Positions 1 through 12,300 of a stretch of 64,000 nt of DNA are shown piece by piece. Location of the stretch: assembly GCF_033153115.1 (NCBI RefSeq), contig NW_026889805.1, positions 6,386,001 through 6,450,000 on the forward strand. The letters run 5' to 3'. The notes under the pieces were generated by a model that saw only the letters and a program-made list of their open reading frames with translations, was not told the origin of the DNA and made no database searches. Source of the stretch: Saccostrea echinata. Taxonomy: Eukaryota. Both the position numbers and the translations under genes were made by a program. Numbering within the stretch: the stretch's first letter is position 1; every line of letters starts with the position of its first letter.

Positions 1-286
1 TATAAAAGTAACTCGCCTCTAAGTTCTTCTATATCTTTTCTAAAAAAATCTTGAAACTTGCATGGCTTTTCTGTACATTAGATGATATGTTCACAATAAG
101 AGTCTTCATCAAAATATGAAATCTAAGATATAAATGGTTGATATAGTACCATTAAACTAGTCTAATGAACATAAACATATCAAAATAAAAGGGAAGTCAG
201 TTTTTTTTTAAAATCTGTAGTATACTGAACTACACAGATATGACTTAATAAGATTTAAAAAAGAGATGCACTTTTTGTCATCATAC

Positions 287-486
287 TTCCATCGTGTCGA
301 TGCCATTGTTCATGGACCACATAGTTTGATGGTACTCCTGCATCTTCTGTTTTAGAGGCTTGGGAATATGATGGGTTCTGAAGAAATCCTTCAAGTCTTT
401 GGTTTTGGAGTGATAATTAGCACGTCTGGCGTACATTCGCTGAATAATGGCGGTAACATTTCCAAAAACAACAGCATGCATCATAG
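287..486 (-). CDS. Elk: Elk coding exon 9 (S6 and C-linker)
   Basis: 200 nt; encodes [22 protein letters not shown]...[11 protein letters not shown]; ttttttcag acceptor, gtatga donor. Confidence 0.96.
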
Positions 487-3400
487 CTGAAAAAACGAAA
501 AACGTATACATGTATTCCTATTATAAAAGAAATCTGTATCTTAGTTTACGTCTCTCCATCATTTTCATTAAAATCAAATTTCATCAAAAACATCAAAAAT
601 CGATTTAAAAAACTATCTTTATTAAAAAAAAAGTTTAAATACATTTTAACTTTAACCTTACCACCAATAAGCATTGCACACACGGAGAAAATTTTCTCTG
701 GATTTGTATTGGCTGAGACATTTCCAAAACCTACACTTGTCAAGCTGCTACAGGTAAAATACAATGCCGTGACGTAAGCAGTGAATGTATCAGGAGGATT
801 CGACTTAGTGACTGGTTGTTCTATTCTTTCACCCAGTTCATACAACCAACCTGTGTAGTTAAACGCAAGATATTGAAATATATTCAAATGCATAGAACAA
901 ATTTTACTTTCCAAATTTAAAATCGTAAAAATTTTTTAAGTAGGCAATGGATGAAAAAATTAGAAAATAATATGAAAAATTGAAAAAAAAAAATTAATAA
1001 AACTGAGGTAAAAAGGTGCACACAATGTAAAATAAAGGGTGCACGTGGTAATTGCCACTGCACATTATGTGAGCCAGTTGTAGAAAATAATAATAATACA
1101 CATGTACGTCAAAAGTTGTACATTGTACAAGCTGTAACTAGTTTCCAGTAAGTACTCTCCAAATTCATGCATACTATTTTTTTTGTAAGAACTTAATTCA
1201 GATTCCTTATGCTTGTTACAGCATTATATGTAAGATAGGCTGTATATAAGGTCCACTTTCCTAGTTACAGAACATAAACCATCTTTATTTTGTGTTTTTG
1301 TTTTTTGATAAAGCAGCTTTTTCATGCATATCATAAAAGTAGTATAAATCTAATGAAAATTTTAGTTTCCGAAATCAAAACTGTGTTGATTACAGAAAGG
1401 AAAATAATGTTTTATTCAAGAGCAAAAAATAACTTCATTAACTTCTGAAATAAATTCAAATGCATCAGACACAAAAGAAGAAGAAGAAGAAGAAAATTTG
1501 TAATATTAATTGCAGTTTGTTTAAATTTTTATACATTAATTATTTAAATATTCACATTTAAATTTAGAACAATCGAAAAAGACTTTAGAATGTATACATG
1601 TAAAATTTGCTGTCTATAAACCATTGTTTCGGTTTTTTTTCTTTCCTTTTTTTTGTTTTTTGGACAATCAAGGTATTGCCACCTCGAAATTAAGAAAAAA
1701 AAAGACGAAAAGAAAGAAGAAAAAGGCAACAGGGGTATGTATACAATGCAACTACATAATTGTCGTGATAATTGTATGAAAGAAGTGTGGGCAAATGATC
1801 ATATTTTAACAAGGGTCCCACACAGCGGAGCATCCCCTCACAAAAGAACACAAAGGCGACAAAATGCCAATAAACCCGATGTAATACACCACTTCCTTTA
1901 GGCACGCACTCACTCACCCACCAACCCATACACACGCGCGTTACTATATCACCTATAACTTCGTTCCGAGGGATAATCAACCATTTTACGTATTTAATAC
2001 GTATAAATGTACGAAACATTTTACAGTATGACACCTGAATCAACGTATACTTTAGGTTTAGTTAGTTTCTTTCTTCTGATGTTGATCAGTTGTGTTCTGA
2101 TATCAACTATGACCACCAATACCATGTATCGCAAAAAGTATACGATAATTCTTTTCAATATTCCGCTGCTAATTTATGGAACAAATAACCTTTATATGTA
2201 ATATTATATAATTCTGGGCTTTTTAGGTGGTTAATATAGTTTGATATTCACCAGAAAAATATCTATACTGACCGAGGCAAATAAAATACGAAACATTGAT
2301 TTATATCTATGTATTTATTTTTGTAAACTGCTGTTTAAATGGGCCAGGATAAGGCCATTTCAATAATCAGGTAACTTTCTTTAGATAAATCATCAACATT
2401 TTTATTATTGTTATGACCTTATCTAAAGGATAAAATGACATTGATTCATATAAATTCAAAGACTATATAGTTCCTTTCTTCTTGTTTTTGTGCTCAAAAT
2501 TTTTTCATAAATCTGTCTCCCACTCACAACTTTCTGAAGGAGAAGAGCTTTTGCTGATTTGTGTGGACACATTTTTAATTAAAATTATTAGCTGATCTCG
2601 GGTCTCATGTAAAACCTAGCAATATGAGTTTAAATAATCACATGCCAACCCTGCAGTAATAGCACCAAAAAGTAAACATATATGGAAATGAATTCGAAGA
2701 ACTTCTTTCATCTTACTTTTGATCAAGATTTTTGTCATAGAAATTAGACATTCCTGTCCTTTTGCAGCTGTGATTAACCAGACAGTGTCTGGCTTTAAGA
2801 TATATTAACGGTTATTAATCTGCTCCGCAATATCACTGAAAAAAGTCTACTTATGGTAGGAAAATCCTTTCATACAAAGATTAATCCTTTATAATTACTT
2901 CAAATGTTGTAATAAAAATTCGTTTTGTACAAAGTTAAAGCTAAAAGAAGAAATTCAAATCTAAATACTGAAATAGAATTGACATTGAAATCTCATCAGA
3001 TTGAATTTTATTTAGATATTCAGAATGTTGTAAAACTTTGCTGTTCAAAGGAAACATGACTTTTCTTAAATGTGGATATTATGGTAATTAATACATGGAC
3101 AATGAGTTACTAGTATAGTGGTGTGAAAACTTGAATTCTTCGATAAACTGTATGTAAAGCGCATACTTCATTGACACATTCTTTGTATTAATTTTTTCAG
3201 ATAAAAATGATATTACCGACAGTCCAGTTGGCATTATTCTGCAGCTCCGTGTCTCCAATGAAATACCAAGCACAGGCCAACCAGTGAGCTAGTAGAGCAA
3301 ACATAGACATGAACAGAGCCAAAACCATACCACTGTACTGAGAGTACCTGTCAATCTTCTGAAGAAGGCGTGCCAACCGGAGCAAGCGCGTTAATTTCAA

Positions 3401-6400
3401 TGTTAGCAAATGTCGTAAGACCTCCTGAGAAAAAAATTTAGAATAACATTTTCTGTAATTCATTTCAATTTACTTAAAGCGTATAAAATTTTCATACAGG
3501 TACATAAGAAATATATCCTTTAAATTCAAAATTCGTGGCTTATCAGTCCCCTACCAGTGAAACCGGAGGGGACTATAGGTTTCCTCTGAGTCTGTCCGTC
3601 CGTCTGTCTGTCTGTCCCTCTGTCTGTCAGTCTGTCCCACTTGGTTTTCCGCACTTTTTTCCTAAACGCTTGCAGATATTGAGCTGATTTTTGGTACGTG
3701 ACTGTATCTTGATGAGTTACAGATCAAGTTCGCATTTCGTTCCGCTTCATTGATTTTTGACGGAATTACGGCCTTTTCAATTTTTACGGATTTTCCGCAA
3801 TTTTCTTCTAAACGCTTGTAGATATTGAGCTGATTTTTGATATGTGGTTTTACCTTGATTAGTTATAGATCAAGTTTGCATTTCGTCCCGCTTCATTAAT
3901 TTTTGACGGAATTATGGCATTTTCAATTCTTAACGGGAACCAGATTACACTTGCCGGTAGGGGACTAGTATTGCTAATGCAATACTCTCAGAGTGCTTGT
4001 TTCTATAAATGCATAATGATGAAAACTACTCACTGTGTTTAATTTATAAAATCTATTCAGCAAAAACATTAAGTCAAATGGAATAGCAGCTAGCAAATCT
4101 AATGGAAACCAGCTAGTAACGTAATGCTTGGCTATTTGCCGCCCATCGTAAACAACATGGCCGCTCTTATCAATGAAAGAAGTTCGGAAGTTCAAAGCAA
4201 TATCTACAAAATAATTCAAACATGAGCATGTTTCATAGACCAAAATTGATAAGTTGTTAATCATAAAGCATATTCGAAAATTGTACATAGTTTTGGCGAG
4301 GTGTATAACAATAGTCTTAATGTTGTTCTAACCACGAAATAAATTTAAAATCAATGCAAAACTAATATTTTGAAGCCTACCTATAATAAACATAATCTCA
4401 ACCACGATATCTGAGTACAGGGAGCTTTTGCTATTGTCATTTTCCATGTCTGTAAATGCAGCGTTGTAGGGCACCATAATGGCAGTGTAAAAGGTACATA
4501 GAAGTATTAGCCAATCCCAGCCGATCTTGAAAATGCCGTAATGTGATATCACATACTTGGATTTCTTTACTTCCTGGACTTTGTATTCAGGCATTTTCCC
4601 TGATATCGATCCTGTCAACTAAAACAATATGAAACATTATAAAATGATAATGAACAAACAATTATATTAGTGTTTATAACAATTATTTAAATATCGACTT
4701 TTGTTCACTTATAATTTATTATGGCTTTTATTGATGTTCAATTGACTAAAGTCATTATTTCATTAGAAAAAATACATTTAGAAATATATGCTTGTCACTA
4801 CTTCTACATTTGATTATCGATATAAGATCATAGTCTATAAACCTATGGAGAGATTAATCAGTATGCATTTATTCTAAGAAAAATTTGAAAAACTGATGTT
4901 ACTGAAACTTTTACGGCATTATAAAATTTTACTAAAGTGGCGCTGCTAGATCAATGCAATTTGAAGTTTGAATTTCTTCTAGTTTGGTATCATTAACCTT
5001 AGAGTAAAACAAGTCCAAAAGCTTTTACTTTATAAAAATTACGAATTCTGTGATACAGAATCACAGATACCTTATAAAATACCCATTAAAGTGTTAAATG
5101 AAACATTCATTTCCAACAAAGCATTTTCGATTACCGTTACCAGTCACTGAAAAACAAATGTAAAAAATGAATGGTGTAAATGAAATAAAAATAGATTTAA
5201 AATTGGGATCTGTCTGATAGGCGTCACCACAGGGAAAGCGTCATTAAAAATATCAAAAAACAATCACACATCAGTCGATATCTCCATTAAGACACTTTAA
5301 AACGTAATTATTTAATATTGCAAGAAACAAGTCCATAGGAGTGAATTCTAAAATAAACCAACACTTAATACATGTTGACATCTGGTTTAAAATGTCAAAC
5401 AACTGAAAAAAAAGATAATGGTTCAAAGTTTGTTGATAAAATCGAATTCATATATTAAAATATGCTAGGGTGATTTGCAAAATATGAACATAATGCATGT
5501 TACAGGTGATCTCTTCGCAGGTACACATTTTAGTGAGATACAAGCAATTTGTTTCTATCATTATATATATAAACTGTTTATTTACACCATTTTAAGGGAC
5601 GAGTTGGTGGGTCATATTTTGACTGATGCATCGGCGGTATAAAAAATGAGAAAATTTCTTAATTTCTTGATTAAGAGTTTATTTTATATTTGCTTTTGTA
5701 ACATTTAATATATATCATTTTTTTTTCTTAATTCATCACTTTAATACTAGCATTTTAATGTGATAGATACTGCTGTGGCCTTCAACTCGGTATTCAAATA
5801 CATGTATACGGCGTTTTATCAATTATCTATTGTTACTTCCATTCACATGTCGACCTGATATATTCCATAAGACTCGTAATAAAATACATCAGAGAGGCTG
5901 CCATATCTGTTTCATATTTGGATATTTTACTGACTATAGACAATAAGGGTCAACTGACAACTAAACTGTATGACAAACGAGAAGACTGCTTTTTCATCGT
6001 CAACTTTCCTTATTTTTGTAGTAATATTCCACTATCACATGCATATGGTGTTTATATCTCCCAACTTACTCTGATACTCCAGAGCATGAGTACAATCAAT
6101 TTTTCAACCGAGGCAGGCTACTGGCATATATGTTAATATTACAAGGATTTCAACAACCTCGCTTAAAGTCAGCATTTCATAAATTCAATGATCGTTGTAA
6201 TAACCTTGTTAGCAAATATAATTTATCACTTGGTCGAATTTTGACAGTTATATTTCGCACCAACAGCTAGGCCTTTGTTTTTATACTCGCACCAACAGCT
6301 AGGCCTTTGTTTTTATACTCGCACCAACAGCTAGGCCTTTGTTTTTATACTAAATTTGACTACTGATAACTCCGTCTACCTGATGAATACATAAGGCTCA

Positions 6401-9365
6401 CGGTGGGTGTGACTGGTCGAAAGGGGGTGCATAATCCTCCTAGGCACCTGATCCCACCTCTAGAATTTCCAGGGATTCGTGTTTTATGCCCTATACACAG
6501 ATTTGTATTATCAGTAATTTTTTTTAGATCGATCACTGTTCGTTATCTCACCTGTTTCATGTTCACAAATTGTTTGAGTTCTTCTATTGCAAGCCATCCA
6601 TGTCATCCTATTTCCGGTATAAATTTTAGTACTTTTGTGATAGTGATACCAATTCTTCCGATTGCACAAATCAGTCAATAATATACATTTATTAACTGGG
6701 TTCGAGGGCAACATGTATTTTGTCGGAACCAAGAACCAAACACTTTGGTTCGTGAGGTCGAGAAAACGTATTTTCCCCGATAACACAGGTAAAAAATGTT
6801 TTGTTATACCTTTTAATTTTTTTTTTTGTTATACATGTATCTTGTGCTGGCTTCCATAGCAGCAAATGCAAATAAGATTTAGCTGACCCCGCCCATAGTG
6901 TGACGTAAGCGGTCCAATATCTCATCGACAGGTACAACATCCCACTCTGCGGTCAAACATCGATTTTTTTATGATCACTCAGTAAAACATTAGAAATGTT
7001 AGACTCTTTATAGTAAAGATTTTAATATGAACTAATTTTTAAAGGTATAACAATCTATTTTATTATATACTTAGTAGTAAATACATCGATTCCGCACTTT
7101 GCAATTCGGGTGACAATACCCCATATCAAGGACCGGTCCGAAAATCCATATCACGTATCTGACGTGCGTGCGAAAATCCAAAGCAAACAGGAAGTAGCAT
7201 TTTTATAAAGTTTTAAAGTTAATTAACTTGATTTTATTTAAATATACTTTTAATATAATTCTTTAATAAAATTTATGGACTTAATTTGTTTTCAAAGACC
7301 TTAAATTGGCTCTATTAGATTTTAAAAAAAATGTTTATAAACATATGCACAAAAATATTGTTAAAAGACATGATGTGAACTTGCATATTAAGTATTTTAA
7401 TATATGATAAATAGAATACTGCATACTGAATCCATATCATATGTCATATCAGCCCTCAGGCCTTCGGCTCTTGGTTTGATATGGGGATACTTGGTCTGAT
7501 ATGACATATAATACGGATTTTAGTATGTACAAATGTAATATTCTCTATAAAATATCAGTAGCAGTTCAACAGATCTAAAAGCATGGTCTGCTACAGTTCA
7601 CTTAGGGGATGTAACATGTTACCTCCTTTTGTTTACCTTATTTAGCTGCTGCAGTTTGCTTTTTGCCCTGTTGTGTCTGTCAAACTGACCAGAGAGGTGA
7701 TAGAGTACCGCTCGGCTTCGGCGTCGTTGATAATTACAGTTTGAGGGGAGCTCTACACCTGCCTGACAACGTGTTTTTACGAGGCGCTTAGAACTTTCGT
7801 CCAGGTCATCTAAAGTAAAAGGATTAGTAAAGGATTTAATATGTGAGTATTTTAAATCATTTGTTAGAGAAAATTTGAAATCACAGAATTTTGTTTAATA
7901 CAAAAGCATCATACGTAATCATACGACTATATACAACAATTCCCTACGATAAATTATAGACCAGACTTTTTGACATCATGGACAATTGTTTTTTCGATAA
8001 TAATGAAACTCGTAAATTGCATACCTTGTCATTGGTCACCTGCAAACTAATTTTGTATAAAAAAAAATCTGATTCTATACACAAGTACTCCGAGGTCGTT
8101 ATTTAAAAGATGCTTGAGTTTCTCAATGACAATATCTATGTAGTTTTTGTAGACCAGGCCTTCTAACAATCTGCTGGATTTCCCAGCTTGAACTCTGTTA
8201 TTAGCAGGTCTATTTTTATTCATATGAAGAAAAATTCTTTCAAAAAACTTCTACATGAAAAGAAGAAGTCTCATATTGTGGCCTTCAATTTGTTATGTAG
8301 ATATAATGATGATCTTTTATCAATTCATAATATTCGGTTTCATTGCTATATTTATTCAATATATTCCACTGAACTCGAAATAAAAGACATTACAGAGACT
8401 GACACATCTTTTTCAAATTAATTTGGATGTGTTGCTGGAGAGAGACATTTACGACCAACTGACAACTAATCTTAATAATAAACGTGATTTCAGCTTTGCT
8501 ATTTTCAACTTCTCTTATATATGTGGCAATAAACAATCATCGTCTGCATATGCCGTTTTTATCTACGAATTGATTCTATGCGGAAGAGCAAGTTCTACAT
8601 ACAAACAGTTTCTCAAACGAGACAAGCTATTGACAAATAAGTTGATGATTCAAAGACATCAAAATCTCGTTTAAGGTCGACATTTCGTAAATTGTATGGT
8701 CGATACAATGACCTTGTTTGCAAATATTATCTGTCGTTAAGTTTCACAAACATTGTTAGGCCATTATTTTCATACCGAATTGTCAAGTTTTTATTTTGTT
8801 TACCCAATCATGAAATGGAGCACACGGCGAGTGTAACCGGTGGACAGGGACGCTTACTTGATCTCACCTCTGTTTTCAGAGGTCCGAGTTTGCTCTGCTC
8901 ATCTGTATTGTTGAAAAGGACTCTTTGGGAGTAATCACTGCTCGTTATCTTCACAATTTCTCCTTCCCAAAAAAAATCTTTCTGTTATTTAGTCTCTTTC
9001 AAAAAAAATGAATTGGTCTTTTCTCTGATTAGGATCGCTTTTGAAAACAAGATGCATACAAATATATATAGCATTCCAATTTAATATACAAATGATTAAC
9101 ATGATAATGAAAGTCTCCTATTAAAGTACCTATGTGTTGGCTCATGATTTATCCCCCAAATTTGCATGTGGTAATCCATGGAGGAAAGCCTTAAACCCAA
9201 GGTCTTTTTTATAGAATATTTCTGTTTTCTAGATTTATTTATATTGATTTACTGAAAAATGGAAGTTATTCTTCACAAGAAATAAGAATATTGAATATTT
9301 TAATAAACGTTAAAGAATTTTGGTTAACGTAAATTACAGATTGAGATATCATTTTAGATTCTTTA

Positions 9366-9397
<32 letters not shown>

Positions 9398-12300
9398 TCA
9401 AATACTTTTTAGTATAAATAATTGAAATAAACAACGACCACAATAATGTTTGTTTTGTTTTTAAGAAAGAAAGAAATCTTCCCCTTAAGACATGGTCTAA
9501 AGCCAATGCTTGGGCATGATGGTAAACGTTAAACAAAATTATCACGAAAAGATAAATCTGAATTATAAATCTGAATAATGAAATATGAGTTGCAAATAAT
9601 ACATATATATGTTATATATCATCAAGTTCTCGTACGTTGATCATATCATTGTACTATGACTTGGCGACGTAACTTCTTGAAACAAGATGGTAACAAACCT
9701 ATTGATCATAGGCGACAACATACCAAATTAATTTCACTCCAATCAAGGGTACACTGTTATTGATTTTACAGACATGGAGAAAACGTGACAAATCCAATAT
9801 GTCTTTTTTGCAATATGAGAGGCAAATCTACTCGTACTTTGCACGAATCTAGATTTGTCTTAAGATGTATTTTAGATTTCCAATGCTATGCTCTCGAGAT
9901 TTACAGGTGGAACATACTAACTCTAAGGCGTTTTCATATAACACACGATTCAACATATGACAACACATTATTTATTTACAATTTCAATTTCATGTATCCT
10001 TCTAATTAAGTCTTGTTAGAATATACAAGTAAACAAACATTAGAAGACATTAAATTCGATTAAGCAAACAGCACAAAATACCAAGCCAGAACCTTAAGAC
10101 GAAGCTGGGGATAATTTAGCAGATGAAGACAAGTAAGTAGAATATAAAAAAGCCAGAAAAAACACCAGCGATTTCCCGTCACGCTTACAACATCAACAAG
10201 AAAAGCCCAAAATCAATCCGATCACCGACCCTGATACAGTCTTAGAAAAACACCGGATGCAATCAACACAGAATCACTTTCTTTTAAAGGAAATGACTTT
10301 CAGTCTTAGTCTAGTAAAAACAAAACATGGACATTATCTTCTCCCATGACATTGATTGTAAATATTTGCTTTCAATGTCTTATTTGAGAGTTTTGTGTTT
10401 TTTAATGTGTTTTTTACATCCGGTGTTTAATTGCAATTAGGCTAATACAGAGCAGTGTTCTGATTAGGAGCTTCACCACATTAGGGTAGCTTGTAGCGCA
10501 TGACAACATTTTGCCAGGAGTCACTTACTACTACTAAACATCAGGGCTGTTTGAATTGTTCCCGCCAAGCCCGCCATTACAGGGGAACGCTTACAGCTTA
10601 AGAGGGGCTCTAGAAAGAAACATATTGGTAACCTTTGCAATATGCGTTCATCTTTGTCCTGAACATTATTTCAAAATGATGTTATCTGAATCTTTCTTCA
10701 ATGAAAATAAAAAGGAAATATGTTCATTACAAAAAGAAAAAAAGAAATCCTAGAATAAATAAAGATAAAAATAAACAAACACAGTTAAAAAATGAAAGGT
10801 ATTTGGGAGAGTAATTATTATATTCTAAAAATGATAAATGCACAGTACGTAATTCATATGCACTGCTGTGTTGTCGTTACAGATACATCAATTCAGTCTG
10901 TAAATTCATAAATTCTTTGCAAATTATTCATCCTGCCATCTACCGATGACAGAAAAAAGACTAATGTTTCTTACTGACAACCCGTGCACTTCTTCCTTCC
11001 TGAGATGTACATGTATCACTTTAAAATAAAAAATATGTCATCCTCAATATAATTTCTTCTAAATGTTACTTTGGTACAATCTGACAAGTTTGTCGATGCT
11101 TCTTGTTTAATCAAGCAATAGGTAAATATTTCGGGGATTAATTCCCTGAAGTAATTGAGTTAAAATTTTAAATTAAATCTTAGTGACTAGCTTTTTGAAT
11201 TTCTTGACATTAAAAGCCATAGGATCTAAGATTGTTAACCTAACTATAGGGAATGATGCTTACACATGCATATACTAAATAAAAGAAATTTGATCCAGAA
11301 GTGGTGTCTAGACTATCATTTTAAATACTCATACAAGGAAGCATATAGTACAAATAATATTTACAATCCAAATTACATATGAACTATGCGAGACAGTAAA
11401 AACCGAGGTCCCTTGTCGCAGCAGGTGCTGGCACAAGAAAGATCCCTCACTGCTCAATGGCCCCGAGCACTGGATGTAGGTCTAAATTTGCAGACCTCCA
11501 CTGGCAAGTGGTGGCGTCTTCATATGAGTAAAAAATTCTCCAGAGGGACATTAAACAGCGAACAAACAAAACGTATGAACTAATTATAGGCGATGGATGA
11601 AGGCTTTGTTGCAAGATTTTACACCAGTTCTACTTTTCTTAACATTCTTATATCTCTCAGTGTATTCGATACGCAAGAGCTTGCTCTGCGTATGAACAAT
11701 TTAAATTTAAAACAAGGCAAGCTATTGACAAACAAGTTGACGAAACAAGAATCAACAGTCTCATTTTAAGTCGTCATTTCATAAGTTCTATGTTCGATAC
11801 AATGACCTTGTCAGCAAATACAATTTATCATTAAGTCAAATACTGACTGACGTTTTTCATACTAATTATTTACACACTGAATTGTCGACGGATTTTTCCG
11901 TTATTTCCCGATCATGACAAGGAGCACACGGCGGGTGTGACCGGTTGGCAGAGGATGCTCATTCCTCTATGGCACCTGATCCCACCTCTGATGTTTTAGA
12001 GGTCCGTGTTTGCTCTGCTCCAAAATTTTATTGTTTAATGGACTTTGAGCTTGAATACTGTTCGTTATCTCCATATATTTCATTTTAACCTGTACTGGAA
12101 TCATACAGACAAGTTTCTAAAGGGTATATCAAGGCTTTATGGATGGATGTTGACTAAGTAAGATATATATTTTGTATGCAAGATTGCAGCTTGTGGTTGC
12201 ACGAAAACATATATTTTTATACTAACAGAATGAAAAAAAGATAAACATCCTCTAGCTAAATTTTAATTAAAAAAAACAACGGAAAAAATTCTATTCTAAA

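Noticed and set aside
7623-7636. Alternative exon 4 donor (GAG|gtaaca) 14 nt downstream
   Set aside because: It would frameshift the channel; the 7637 donor preserves phase.
11930-11985. SECIS element or selenoprotein-coding Naiad (GUGAC...UGAU resembles a SECIS core)
   Set aside because: There is no apical AA motif or clean 11-12 bp helix II, and the Cys positions I checked in the RT remnants use TGT/TGC rather than TGA.
11921-12083. Hammerhead ribozyme in the retroelement tail
   Set aside because: CUGAUG and CUGAUC occur, but no CUGANGA plus GAAA core is correctly arranged on either strand.
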